DNA of 64,000 nt from Balanoglossus misakiensis (lineage: Eukaryota; Animalia; Hemichordata): positions 16,786,998-16,850,997 of the forward strand of contig CM082578.2 in assembly GCA_040954595.2 (NCBI GenBank). Reading direction: 5' to 3'. Within the stretch, counting starts at the first letter, position 1; every line of letters begins with the position of its first letter. The translations under genes were made by a program, and so were the position numbers. The notes beneath the pieces were generated by a model that saw nothing but the letters and a program-made list of their open reading frames with translations, was not told where the DNA came from and ran no database searches. This document shows, piece after piece, positions 1 through 11,730 of the stretch.

Positions 1-751
1 GCCGTTCGTCATCTCAATGTGCGTTGTTACAGTACTCTACATTCTGATCATCCGTTATCTTAAAAAGAAACTTGCAGCTTTTCAGCCGGATGGCTGCTCT
101 GACAGAATGTTTAGAACCAAAGAAACAAAGCAGGTGGTCAAAGTGCTTGGGGTTACTGCTGCTGTTTTCTTTATATTAGTGTTTCCTGATCAGCTTTTGT
201 ACTTCTTTGTGTTGCTGGATGGACTGGGTGCAATATCTGTGGGGGAGACCTACACATTGACTTTGGTTTCGCGTATCTTCCGTTGTCTCCTTGTTCTGAA
301 CTCGGCAATCAATCCGATTATCTACAACAGCATGAGCTCTAAGTACAGACTGGCCTACAAGAAGGCGTTCTCATCATGCTGCCCCCCTTGCAAGAGGCAC
401 AACTCCATCTGTGTCTCATCCTCACAGAGTGCGGTTCTCAGCGTATCCGGGCAACAGAAGACAAGATGCAGGTCGGTTTTTGATGAGGGTCAGTTCCACG
501 TTAGACGGGACACAATGGTGTCACCAGTGAACGAGGACGTTGCAGCAGCATCGCCAGTTGGCGAAGGTGCCGCAGCATCAGTAGACAGTGAACTTGATGC
601 AGCATCAACAGGTCATGCAGTACCACCAATCTGTGAAAATACTGCTGCATCACATGTCACTGATGATGCTGTAGTGACCCCAATTGATGAAGAAACATGT
701 ACAGGTACTTCGGTGCAGTCAGTTGGGACGGGGAATAATGTGACAGCGTGA
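1..751 (+). CDS. Class A GPCR, TRH-receptor-like paralog 1 (5'-truncated by the window edge; TM5-TM7 plus C-tail)
   Basis: The frame is open from base 2 (PFVISMCVV), matching TM5 of the neighbouring paralogs. TM6 reads KQVVKVL...FFILVFPD and TM7 reads FRCLLVLNSAINPIIY (NPxxY). Helix 8 is followed by a CC palmitoylation site and a long acidic, Ala/Ser-rich tail. Confidence 0.9.
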   Translation, partial: PFVISMCVVTVLYILIIRYLKKKLAAFQPDGCSDRMFRTKETKQVVKVLGVTAAVFFILVFPDQLLYFFVLLDGLGAISVGETYTLTLVSRIFRCLLVLNSAINPIIYNSMSSKYRLAYKKAFSSCCPPCKRHNSICVSSSQSAVLSVSGQQKTRCRSVFDEGQFHVRRDTMVSPVNEDVAAASPVGEGAAASVDSELDAASTGHAVPPICENTAASHVTDDAVVTPIDEETCTGTSVQSVGTGNNVTA

Positions 752-1174
752 ATGATTAGAAAGAGTTACATGTATAGGTACATATAACTAGGCACCACCA
801 AATGAGAATGCACGTATATGTAGGCACAATTATCAAAAAGGTGATGCCTTCATATCATCAGTAAAAACCAATTCTGAATCTCTCCAAGATACATTGAAAT
901 GATACATAATTTGAAACCTGAATACACATATACTTTCACTCTTGACGTCATCATTTATGTGATGTAACGAGTCACAACTTTATAAGTGAGGTTTATTACA
1001 ACCTTTTTGTGAAACTTTTAATGCTCTTTAGAAGAACTTTATGTCTACATGTACCCGTTACTTCAAATCTACTCATTGCGTATAAAGTTTGCATCAATGC
1101 AAACTTTTTTTGAATAAGAATTCGTATGGATGCAAAAAAAGAACCTATTGCGGAACCTATGCTATTATTTACTG

Positions 1175-1456
1175 AAAATATCTGTGTCACCATGGTTATT
1201 GGCCATGAAATAGATTCATGAAAATAATTATGTCAATGTTAGTATTGGCCATGATAATATTGGTGTCACCATGGTTACTGGCAATGAAAATATTGATGTC
1301 ACCATGGATATTGAACTTGAAGTGCCGTCCACATCCCAGCTATTGGCACAGTAAACATTCAGGTTATTGGCCATGCAAATAGTGGTTCCATCCTGGTTAA
1401 GATTCATGTCAAAATCCTAGTTTTTGGCCGTGCATGGGACACTTCATGGTGACACC
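1175..1456. repeat. Degenerate ~33-bp tandem repeat (gtcaccatggttattggccatgaaaatattgat-like)
   Basis: Units containing gtcaccatgg, tattggccatg and aaaatatt recur at roughly 33-bp spacing and decay towards the 3' end. Confidence 0.6.
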
Positions 1457-3284
1457 ACTGTTAAATGCTTGGAGAGAACTTCTCAGTGGCAAAGAGTGGA
1501 ACCTTAACTTATGAGGAAGCCTTATTTTGTAATCACATTATCTGTACAGAATTTTCTGTCTGATTGTACAATCTCATCCATGAATCAAATAAAAAAAATC
1601 TAAATATTGATAAGTTATTCTTGGCATCAGAGTTTCTCATGTTTTGCAAGGTACCTTGATGCAGTTACGCTTATAAGTTTGTCTGCAAGAAAGTTGTGTT
1701 TTTTTGTTTAATGTTGGCCTCATGAACTGAATGTTAAGGCATATGCTCGTGTGTTTTGTTCCCATGACTACCATTGTTTGTGTACTCGTGTACTACAAGC
1801 ACTCGGTATGATATTGACAGAACATGAGTGTTGTCAGGATATTACTGATTTCAAATTTACGTTTTTTAAATATTACTAGGTAGCCCTGTAGTTTCAGGCT
1901 TACTTGCTTGCAACTTCTTCAGCAAACACTTCGTTTGTGTCACATGATCAATCACCTGACTCGTCATTTGCATGTTATTGAAGGGTTTACTATAACAGTT
2001 CGTAGATCTACAGTCCAAATTTGTGTTTTATTCACCATTTAACACTTGGTCACCAGTGGTGCTAGCCTTCTGACTTGACACCATACTGTGTTCTATTGTG
2101 GATGGTTCTACTTAAAATTTAGTGTGCCAAACAAACATAGACAGCAATTAGAATGTTGTGTAGAATGAGATAAGTATCTATGGTAACTGCGCTGATCTAG
2201 CCATGCTGATCGCTGAAAGATCTGAAGCAATTAATTCATCACATGATCACTAAAGCGCCTCCTGCCAACTTATTACAAATTGATTGCAGAAAACACTCCC
2301 CTACAAACAAAGTTATCAAAAAGGGATCAATCATTGAGAGACTTCTGAAAACTACCTTATCTCAAGCTGATCAATCACAATTAAACTGATCACCAAAACA
2401 CAAACATTTATTTTTAGATATCAGGACCTGATCAGTCACTGAAATGCTTTCCAATAAATTTGGTTATCACAGAATCTTTCAGGGATTAAAGTACTCCACA
2501 TGTATATTGAGAAGTGATCTCATTGTGGAACTGGAAGTAGGGCATACTGTAAGAGTGTTTTAACAGTATCGACGAAGTTGCAAGTGGTGAAATAAATATA
2601 CAGTCTCATGATTAGTAGATTTGTACTCTACAGCTTCAAAAAGGTCGTCACCCTTTCCAATTAGTATTCCAAAACTTATTAATGTTTATTAATGTAACAG
2701 TATATGCACTACACTCATAAGAAATCAACTTTAAATGAGACAAAAATAGATACCGCCAAGAGTTTATTAAAGTGTCTTCGCAACCATCAAGGGTGTCTGC
2801 AAGATTGGTTGAATCTCTTTTGATCTGGCGACGTCCACTACTTAACTCTGCTTTTCATGGAAAACTGTTTTAAAATTCACAGTGCCAAATACAAAATAGT
2901 ATGCTACTATTTTCATGTAGAAGAAGATTCCAAAATTGTCACAGTGGGTTATGTTTTACATCCCCTGCGCAAAAATTTTGTACTGGTATCTTCGTTAGAT
3001 TATGACAAGCTACATTAAAATTGTTTTCAATCATGACGCCGTTGTTAATTAAACGGGGGCGGCTACTTAGAAATCAAATATTTTAATTTAATTTAAACTG
3101 ATGTAACTACTTAATGACTTGATGTCTTATGAAAAAGGTAGACTATAATTAAAATACACCAGTCGAGACGTTTAGAGGATGTCTTGGATTGCTTATAGCT
3201 CATCATTTGCTCAGAGATGTAGTCTGGATCAACTTCATGTAGTAGTGTCTTGTAACCTGATGAATATTGGGAAAGTCAATCGTC

Positions 3285-4466
3285 ATGACCTGGCATCACC
3301 CATTACCGGACTCTACCAGATACCGGTATGTTACCAACTACACAAACAACCACACTGCGGATGATATGGATGAAGGTGACAACTTGCCAAGTCCATCCTA
3401 TGCGCTCTCTGTGACATTCCTCGTAGCTCTCCCACTGATACTCATCATCGGTGATATCAGCAACTCGGCATTCTTGTACGTTTGCGTCAAAATACGTAGC
3501 ATGCAGACCGTGACGAACATGTACCTTTTCAACTTGGCAATATCTGACCTGGTGTTTCTCACTTTTTCGATCGGGATGGAACTTGCAGGTATTTACGTTG
3601 ATGCGGGCGTCCCCTTCTGTGTGTTGTGGTCGGTGTTCAGCTGCATTCCCCTCTTCACATCCATTTTCATGACGGGACTGATCAGCATTGAAAGGTACAT
3701 CGCCGTCTGCCATCCACTGAGAGCGCACAGGGCATACCACAAATCCAGAAACCTTCACATCATCATTGCTTCTTGGGTCGTTGCCGCCCTGATCTCTGTC
3801 CCCAACTTTGCCGCTTGTTTCCATGACTCCCAAAGCCTATACTTGCTGAATCTGTTCCTCCAGATGCTACCGTTTGTGATTTCCATGTGCACAGTGGCCG
3901 TAATGTACACACTTGTCATCATCAGACTTCGTAAAAGAAGAAAAAGAGTTGCTGATAGTAAGAAACACCCGAGGTATCACAGTACCTTCTATCAAGACAC
4001 GAAGCAAGTGATACGCCTCCTCATTATCAACTCTGTCGTTTTCTTCCTTCTGGCATTCCCGGACAATCTGTTGTACATCCAGATGGTTCTAGACATGTAT
4101 GGTCAGCCCACTTTCATTCCGTGGGACATCTTTCTCGATTTGTACATCGTCTTTCGGATTCTGCTGTTTCTCAACTCGGCGGTGAATCCGTTGATATACA
4201 ACGCCACCAGCAGACGCTACAGACAAGCGTTTAAGAAGGCTTTCTTCAAAAGTTGCATGGGTGGGTGTTGTTGTCGTCGTCGCCAAAATAAGAACGTTAC
4301 CTCAACTGCTTTGCCCGTCTGGAAACCCATTGTTGGCATCAAAAAGTCCAACAAGGTAGCTGACACTGCTGAAATTCATTTTCATGAAAAGAAGCACGAA
4401 CAGCCAAACGCAACCACTGAGGAGAGCAACACCAATCAGGTTCAAACAACTGTTTCACTTTTGTGA
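3285..4466 (+). CDS. Intronless class A GPCR, TRH-receptor-like paralog 2
   Basis: First in-frame ATG at 3285, with N-terminal sequons NYT and NHT. Seven hydrophobic segments. Motifs MQTVTNMYLFNLAISD, SIERYIAVCHP, FFLLAFPD and FRILLFLNSAVNPLIY. Confidence 0.93.
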   Translation: MTWHHPLPDSTRYRYVTNYTNNHTADDMDEGDNLPSPSYALSVTFLVALPLILIIGDISNSAFLYVCVKIRSMQTVTNMYLFNLAISDLVFLTFSIGMELAGIYVDAGVPFCVLWSVFSCIPLFTSIFMTGLISIERYIAVCHPLRAHRAYHKSRNLHIIIASWVVAALISVPNFAACFHDSQSLYLLNLFLQMLPFVISMCTVAVMYTLVIIRLRKRRKRVADSKKHPRYHSTFYQDTKQVIRLLIINSVVFFLLAFPDNLLYIQMVLDMYGQPTFIPWDIFLDLYIVFRILLFLNSAVNPLIYNATSRRYRQAFKKAFFKSCMGGCCCRRRQNKNVTSTALPVWKPIVGIKKSNKVADTAEIHFHEKKHEQPNATTEESNTNQVQTTVSLL

Positions 4467-6470
4467 CTTTTGTCTGGCAATCAGATCAACAGATTGAACT
4501 CGTATACCTGCCTCTGGAGATGTGTAAGCCAATAGGGTTGTAAAATTTGATAAATCGTGGTGTATTGTATATGTTTGATATTTATTAATTGATTTATTGT
4601 GGACGTTCCAAAAATATCTGATGGTCATCAAAATAGAATGTGTAACATAATGCAAGTACTACATGTAGTTGATGCCTAAGTGCTGACACTGTGAGACCTT
4701 GTATTGATTAAACTTTAACTTTTAGAATCCCCAGGAACATGTAATATGTACATAGAGTGCCGACTAAAGAAATCTATAGATCTGAATTTATTGGTTAATG
4801 CCATAATTTTGATTGAAATGCAGGACAAATGCATCAAACCAAGAATATTTTTCTATTTTCCAAAATATTGCCAGTCGCCACCCATAGTTTTGTCAGTAAA
4901 TTATGTTTCAACCTCATCACTATGGAAACTGTAACTTAACTTCATCAACATGCCGTCTCAGCTGAGATCCAGATTTATAACTGATGTACTTCACTGCAGC
5001 TGTCCTGTGTTTTCTCAAGTTTCATGTGATATTATAGGTTTCCCCCATTGAAGTTATTAGAAAGTTTCCAATAAAGTAACTTGCTGTGTTTGACCCTATT
5101 GTAGCTGTTTGTCATGCTCACTGAACATACTGTATAGTTAAGCCATATCAAACATGCGTTAAGAGTATCATTCCTAGATTCCAGGTGTGCATGACAGCTG
5201 GGACAATAACTCTTGTAAGTTATAACCCTCAGTTGATATCAATCTTCTAGGTCAGGATAAATTGTGTAACAATATAAGAGGACGCATATATCTCTTGACA
5301 TTCTTTTTCGTTCCTAGACATCTGCATGATACTTGTTGGCAAACAGGCCTGTACTAAGTGCCGTCTTCAATGGAAAGACTGCATTGACCATAATTCATGA
5401 CAAGACTGTGGTGAAAAGTCATGGCTTGCATCAATCCCAAGTTGTGCGGTTAATTCAGTGAAACATTGTAGATACATACATTGACTTTACTCATACTGAC
5501 TTCTGGAATGGGGCTGGGTTTTTTGTTTATATGCAAACACCTCTCTAAATTTACACACTTAATGCTAACATTGGAATCTTGTGAGCTATCATCAGTTTGT
5601 AATGAGGTACTCCTTCGACGTTGACTTGATGACTATTTCTTAGTTGTATCATGAACACCGTCAAGTATAATGAACAACTCAGGATCATTACCGGTATACA
5701 GAAACATGGCAGTGGTCAATTTGCAGTGAGAACATTCACCTGTTGCTAATCCCATATGGCGTGTAATTGAAGTCCTGAGCTCTGAAGTTCAAGGAAATGT
5801 GTGCTTTTTCCCAAACAGTTCTCAGTTTCTACCCCATGATGTGAGTGCCATTAAGGTGGGACACCTGGTAATTTTGAAGTGGGTGTTTATGTCACAATGA
5901 TCCTCCGTCATCACATGGGGGGATTGTGTGTTATTACTGATCATGTTCCCAGACATCTCCATATAGTCTTGGCACTCCTATGAAGATTTACTTTCAGAAT
6001 GGGTGTGTGTGGATGTTAAGGCCACACCGCTGCACCCCACCATCTCTGCATCTTGAGATTTCTCCTCGTATCCTGAGGCACGATCTACCAGAATAGACAA
6101 CGAGACTGTCTCGGTATGTATTGTGAGATGATCCCATATAGTCAGTCTAGAGGTGTCGCCATTCAATTCTGTAGTACCAGTATTCTATTCTAGATGATAA
6201 CAACCCATTTAAGAAGTTGATGCCAGTTCATTTTCCATCATTTCACAATGATGTCATGAAAAATTTGACTGATTGTTTTGATGTTGTTTCTGAATGCAGG
6301 TCACATAGTTGTTGCCAAGACCCTACATGTATATAGTATTCTATATTGTGGATTCTAAAGAGTTTGAATGGAGTTTTTATGGTTCAAGTCAAGTGCATGA
6401 CTTTGTGTCAACAACACTGAGTGGACAATGCCAACTTGACAATAACCCAGTGCGGACTCGCAGTTTAGCA

Positions 6471-7502
6471 ATGAACACTTCATTCTCGGATCCAGAAGAC
6501 GTCACCATCCCCCCTGCCTCACCATGGATGACAGTAGTGTTTCTGACATTGCTGCCAATCATTCTAATCATTGGCGATGTGGGCAACTCGCTCTTTCTGT
6601 ACGTATGCACCCACGTTCACAGCATGCGTACGGTGACTAACATGTACCTGGTGAATCTGGCCATAGCCGACTTGATGTTCCTCACTTTTGCAATCCCACT
6701 TGAGATGCTCTCTGTCTACATCGAGCAGGGAAAGCCATTCTGTGTAACATGGACCATCCTGTCTTGCCTGCCGCTGTTCACCTCGATCTACACGGTCGGG
6801 CTGATCAGCATTGAACGTTACAGAGCGGTCTGCCACCCGTTGACGTCTCACAAGACGAACAGCCGCGAGCGCAATCGGAGGATACTCATCGGAGCCTGGA
6901 TGATGGCTGTGCTGCTGGTGGTACCGAACATGGCCGGTTGCTTCTACAGCAACGAGTATCTGTATCTGGTGATTCTCTTCTGTCAGATGATCCCCTTCGC
7001 TCTGTCCATGCTGACCGTCGCTGTCCTGTACACGCTCATCATAATCAGGCTGAAGAAACGCAGCAATGCGAAAATCACCGACACCGCAAAGTACCCAGGG
7101 CGCTCCAGCAGTGTGCACCCAGAAACGAACCAGGTGATCCGGCTCTTGGTCATCAATTCAATCGTCTTCTTCCTGCTGGCTTTCCCGGACAATCTGTCCT
7201 ATATCCAGTTGGTCCTTCACATGTTTGGTCAACCGCTGCTCTACCCCTGGGATGTGTTCTACGACCTGTATATGCTCTTCCGCATCCTGCTGTATCTCAA
7301 TTCTGCCGTCAATCCCGTCATCTACAACGCAACCAGCCGTCGATACAGGCAAGCCTTTGCCAAGGCCTTCTCCAGACACGGGTGTTGCAGAAAACGTAGG
7401 ACACTCACCACTGAAGCTACCCTTGAGACGCAGCGGATAAAGTCTCGAAACTCTCCAGATCATGGCACAGATAATGTCTTCATCATTGATAGTGAAATAT
7501 AA
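6471..7502 (+). CDS. Intronless class A GPCR, TRH-receptor-like paralog 3
   Basis: Likely start is MNTS (a sequon) at 6471. Motifs MRTVTNMYLVNLAIAD, SIERYRAVCHP, FFLLAFPD and FRILLYLNSAVNPVIY. Visibly the closest paralog to the gene at 3285. Confidence 0.93.
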   Translation: MNTSFSDPEDVTIPPASPWMTVVFLTLLPIILIIGDVGNSLFLYVCTHVHSMRTVTNMYLVNLAIADLMFLTFAIPLEMLSVYIEQGKPFCVTWTILSCLPLFTSIYTVGLISIERYRAVCHPLTSHKTNSRERNRRILIGAWMMAVLLVVPNMAGCFYSNEYLYLVILFCQMIPFALSMLTVAVLYTLIIIRLKKRSNAKITDTAKYPGRSSSVHPETNQVIRLLVINSIVFFLLAFPDNLSYIQLVLHMFGQPLLYPWDVFYDLYMLFRILLYLNSAVNPVIYNATSRRYRQAFAKAFSRHGCCRKRRTLTTEATLETQRIKSRNSPDHGTDNVFIIDSEI

Positions 7503-8859
7503 ACACACTCGATAAAGTGAACACCAGGAGATGAAATTCTTTCTAACTTGTACATGCATGTTTATGTCAATAATAAAATTATGGACTTAAAAGATCCTAC
7601 AATGTAGCTTGCATCATTTATGGCTGCTTCAAATCAAAGCTTGCAAAGCAGCATATGATTGATTGATATTGAGGGAGAGAGTGTGAGATAGGGTGGTTCC
7701 TGGGGATGGATCATCCGATCTGCTCAGTTATTTTCAAGGATGCATTCCCAATACTCATTAAAACACAAATTTGAAACATACATCACAATACTCCTGAAGG
7801 TAAATCAAATCTGTTTTATTTATTACAATTTCCCTTGAAAATTTCAGGGTTTTTCTTGTGCGTGTGTTTGTAGGGGGGGGGGGGGGTTATCAAGCGATGC
7901 ACAGGTGGTAACAGTTGAGAGGTTGTGCCAAGGAACAATAACTTAATACGTCACGTTGTCAGCACCTACGTCAATATAAATGCATGGCTGGCAGGATGAT
8001 CACGGCAATAAGCGTGTAGCCAGCTGGCTAATGACCCTCACAGTCTCATTGTAAAAAGCTAGCCCACTGTGTAATCAGCCAGTGTTTGGGCGGCCAGCCA
8101 TCCATGCTGTGCTAGGCAACACCGTTGTTATTGGTGTAGGAATTAATGTTATTAAGAAGGCTATGGCGCTGAAATTAATTTCTTATTGATTGATTGAATT
8201 GGGTCAGGTTAACTTGCACAAAGTTTTATTGATTTTGAAGAGATTGTACAGTGTGTTGGTTGTCAACAACCTTACTCCAGTAATTACCAGCATTCTTCAG
8301 CTACAGAACTGGCTTGAAGTTGAATATTAACAATACTTAACATCACACTTGTCAATAACATTTGCTATCAGTTTGTCAATGCTGAAGTTAACAAGCAAGA
8401 CAGTAGAGATTCACCAGACTTGTTATCGTATTTGAAATAATCATTTAAAAAAATTGATCAAGGATACAGATAAGAAGTTGAAATCCGTGAGATGCAATGT
8501 CGCCCGCACATTCTCAAACAGAGGATTATAGTCTTACGAAAGAACTTTGATATATTCTGATAAAAGTGTTGATTAAGAAAACAATCTTGCATCACACCAC
8601 ACACACAAATTGTGGTTTATATTGTTCAGTGCTTGGGGTTAGTGAGCGTGGCATGGTTTGAATCCTATTTTAATATCATCAGAGTTCTTCAAAGACGGTT
8701 CTGAGAAAAAGTATGAGTGGTCAAGAAGTTGCTTAGGATGTTGCTGGAGGAAAACCCCCTACCAAACTTGGTAATGTGTGGAACTGTGTTCTGTTGGAAT
8801 TGACCATCAGGTTGTAGATCGTGAGAGCTAACATTATTTGAAATCAAAATTTTCTCATC

Positions 8860-9993
8860 ATGGAAGAAGAGAGTTCAAGTCTGCCGAGTAATCTGAGTCT
8901 GTACAATGAGAGTCTACCAAGTGATATTTCATTTCCGGCTGACCGGGGAATTGTCATCTTCTTTGTGGTCGCTTTGCCTTTGATAGCCATCACCGGAGTG
9001 GTTGGCAACATCCTGTTTATGGTCGTCTTTAAGAGGGTCCGCTCTATGAGAACCCCGACCAACTATTACTTGCTGAGTCTCAGCATTGCAGATTCCCTCT
9101 TCCTGGCTGCATGTTTCCCTCTTGAGTTGATGTCCTTCTTAGAGGCGATCAACGGGAAACAGAACCTGGCCACCTGCGTGTTCTGGACATTCTTCAGCAT
9201 GGTGCCCTTGTTCACCTCCATGTTCACCATCGGGCTCATCAGTCTGGAGAGGTACATCGCCATCTGCCACCCCTTCCAGGCAAAGAGACCGGGAAGACAC
9301 AAGAGGATCCTGGCGCTCATCATCACCAGTTGGTTGCTGTCCCTAATTCTGGCTTCGCTGTATCTCGTCGGCTGCTTCCACATGACTGTTACGCTATACG
9401 TTGCGTACACTGTGTGCCAGATTGTACCCTTTGCGATTTCCTTGATCGTTGCCATTTCTCTTTACATCCCGGTCATTAGACGGATGAGGAGGCAAAACAG
9501 GGCCACAGCTTCTCTCCGAGCTCTGCGCAACACCAGTCAGTACTTCAGAGATCGCCAGCAGGTTGTCCGGTTGCTGCTTGTTACGACTGTTGTCTTCTTC
9601 GTCTGCGTATTTCCAGACTGCTTCTTGTCGTTTCAGATGGTGTTGGCAGTGTTGGGTCTACCTGTGCCTGTGCCATGGGATGTCTTCCACAATCTGTTTT
9701 TCATCTGTCGTCTCTTGCTCTACCTCAACTCGGCCGTCAATCCCATCATTTACAGTGCAACGAGCACAAAGTACAAGCAAGCCTTCAAAGAGGCATTCTC
9801 AGGTTGCTCTAGTTGTAAGAAAAAACAAGCGATGGGCAAGAGATCTCCAAATGTATTAAGTGAAAGCAAGCGACAGAAGAAACCACAAAGTGAAGTTAAT
9901 TACGACAATGAAATCTACATCATTGCAGCCAGCAGTATGCAACGTTTACATGTAGCCAGTATGTACATGGAGTGCCATGAAAATATGTACTGA
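8860..9993 (+). CDS. Intronless class A GPCR, TRH-receptor-like paralog 4
   Basis: 377-aa ORF with sequons NLS and NES. Motifs MRTPTNYYLLSLSIAD, SLERYIAICHP and ICRLLLYLNSAVNPIIY resemble TRHR (MRTPTNCYLVSLAVAD, ERYIAICHP, FCRICIYLNSAINP). Confidence 0.93.
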   Translation: MEEESSSLPSNLSLYNESLPSDISFPADRGIVIFFVVALPLIAITGVVGNILFMVVFKRVRSMRTPTNYYLLSLSIADSLFLAACFPLELMSFLEAINGKQNLATCVFWTFFSMVPLFTSMFTIGLISLERYIAICHPFQAKRPGRHKRILALIITSWLLSLILASLYLVGCFHMTVTLYVAYTVCQIVPFAISLIVAISLYIPVIRRMRRQNRATASLRALRNTSQYFRDRQQVVRLLLVTTVVFFVCVFPDCFLSFQMVLAVLGLPVPVPWDVFHNLFFICRLLLYLNSAVNPIIYSATSTKYKQAFKEAFSGCSSCKKKQAMGKRSPNVLSESKRQKKPQSEVNYDNEIYIIAASSMQRLHVASMYMECHENMY

Positions 9994-11730
9994 TATAAAA
10001 GTAAATTCCTTTATCAATCAGGATTAATAATCAAACTTGTTTGACATGTAAAATATACAAGGTGGTTATTAAATTGGTATTTATCCCCTTCTGATCTTTT
10101 ATATTACAGTATGAATTTTACATGATGTTTTTCAATTGCCTTGTTATTGGAACATTAGGACTCATAGGAGATGCTGGCCATTCTCCACGACTCCTATCTG
10201 TGTAAAATACATGGTGCCAGCTTTATCTAAATGTTATGATAACAATTGAGATAAAACCCCTAATCTTATATAATTTGTAAGACTCTTATCTTTTAAGAAA
10301 CAGTTATATGCAGATCTTACACAAACTTGGATAACTGTGGTCAGTTTTTAATCGGGACTTAGTTGTACAGAGATGGTCAAATTGATGTGATATCATTTCA
10401 GCAACAATGGGCAAATACAAGCAAATTTTGAGTGGATATTGGTACATGATTTAGCCAACCATATTTTGGTGGACTATAATTAGAAACAAATACATACAGA
10501 CATATCAATGTGAGTTATACATCATGTCAGTATTTTTCAGGCTCATCAAAGTGATTGTGTAGAGCACAAGTTAATTTTCATCCAGTGGCAGGTGATCGAC
10601 TGATACGAAAGGAGTTTATGACAATTTGGCCTTGTGAGATTTAAGGCCGATAAAAAATACAACACAAATGCACAAGCCCTTTCTGAAGGTTAAATGCAAG
10701 GGTGGCATCTGAAATGTCTGTTTGTGTTTGGTGTGTGTGGTTACATACCAAGAGTGTGCAAGTATTTACAATCTCTTATGAGGTCGGGATCGACTACTCC
10801 AAACATGTAAGCAAAAAAAGTTTGAAACAAAAGTAAACATGCAGTCCCGACGTCACGTTTTAATCCGATTGCCAGAGAGTGATACAGTTGTGTGCACATG
10901 CAGAATCAATGTGGTGACAATCATTTCATGCAAATTACAGGTGTCGTCAGCAGAGCTGTGAACAGCCTGTGTTGTCCATCTTCGCTATCTAAGCTATGTT
11001 TATTTGAGTCCCCCGCAAAATGTTGTTGTTAGTCTCATGGTCACTCCACACAGGTGACCGTGGTAGACTGTAGATCTCAAAATGTTGTACTGATTTCTTC
11101 AGAAAGATCCTTGTTAAATAACCTTGAGATATATATGTGTAAAGAGGCACACAACGATGATGTAACATAATTTTGAATGAAAATAAAGTTTTATTGGTTT
11201 TCTTGCAATGCCTTTCTTGATGCATGTGTTTGGTTTCTAGGTTGGTCTTGATGTGTTGATAACAGTTTCCCAGTCAATTTCAAAATACATTCAAGTTGAA
11301 AAGCACTATCTATATCATAATCTTCTCCAAAAACAGTACAGGCCTGAAATACATTACCACAAGAAACCAAGCTTCATTCGATTCAACAAGAATTTTTTTT
11401 AGTGTGAAATAGAATGAGTGTGGTGAGAGTGATTATTTTGCTGAAAGTATGTCGGTTGTCTGTGTATTTTCAACACACCAACATTTGAAATTTTGCACAT
11501 TTTATAACATCCTGTGACAGGTCCTGTAGGCTTGACACAGGATGATGCATCATGGGTACTATCAGATCTGTTGCGTATCTGTATGGATACATCAGTGAAA
11601 TTCTCCAATGTGCAGCCATCATGTGTTAATGTTCCGGTATATCATACTTGTATGTAAGGGACTGTTTCATGGCCTGCAATCTAACAGTTATGCTTATTTG
11701 TTTATTTTCTATTTTGTTTGTGCATTGCAG

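Noticed and set aside
2190-2470. Recurring (ct)gatcaatca-like motif that could suggest a repeat-spacer array
   Set aside because: The copies are short and degenerate with irregular spacing, in a eukaryotic context with no cas genes. At most a decayed repeat.
3303-7559. Long antisense and alternative-frame ORFs (130-184 aa) overlapping the GPCRs
   Set aside because: These are shadow ORFs produced by the codon bias of GC-richer coding sequence. They contain no recognisable motifs.
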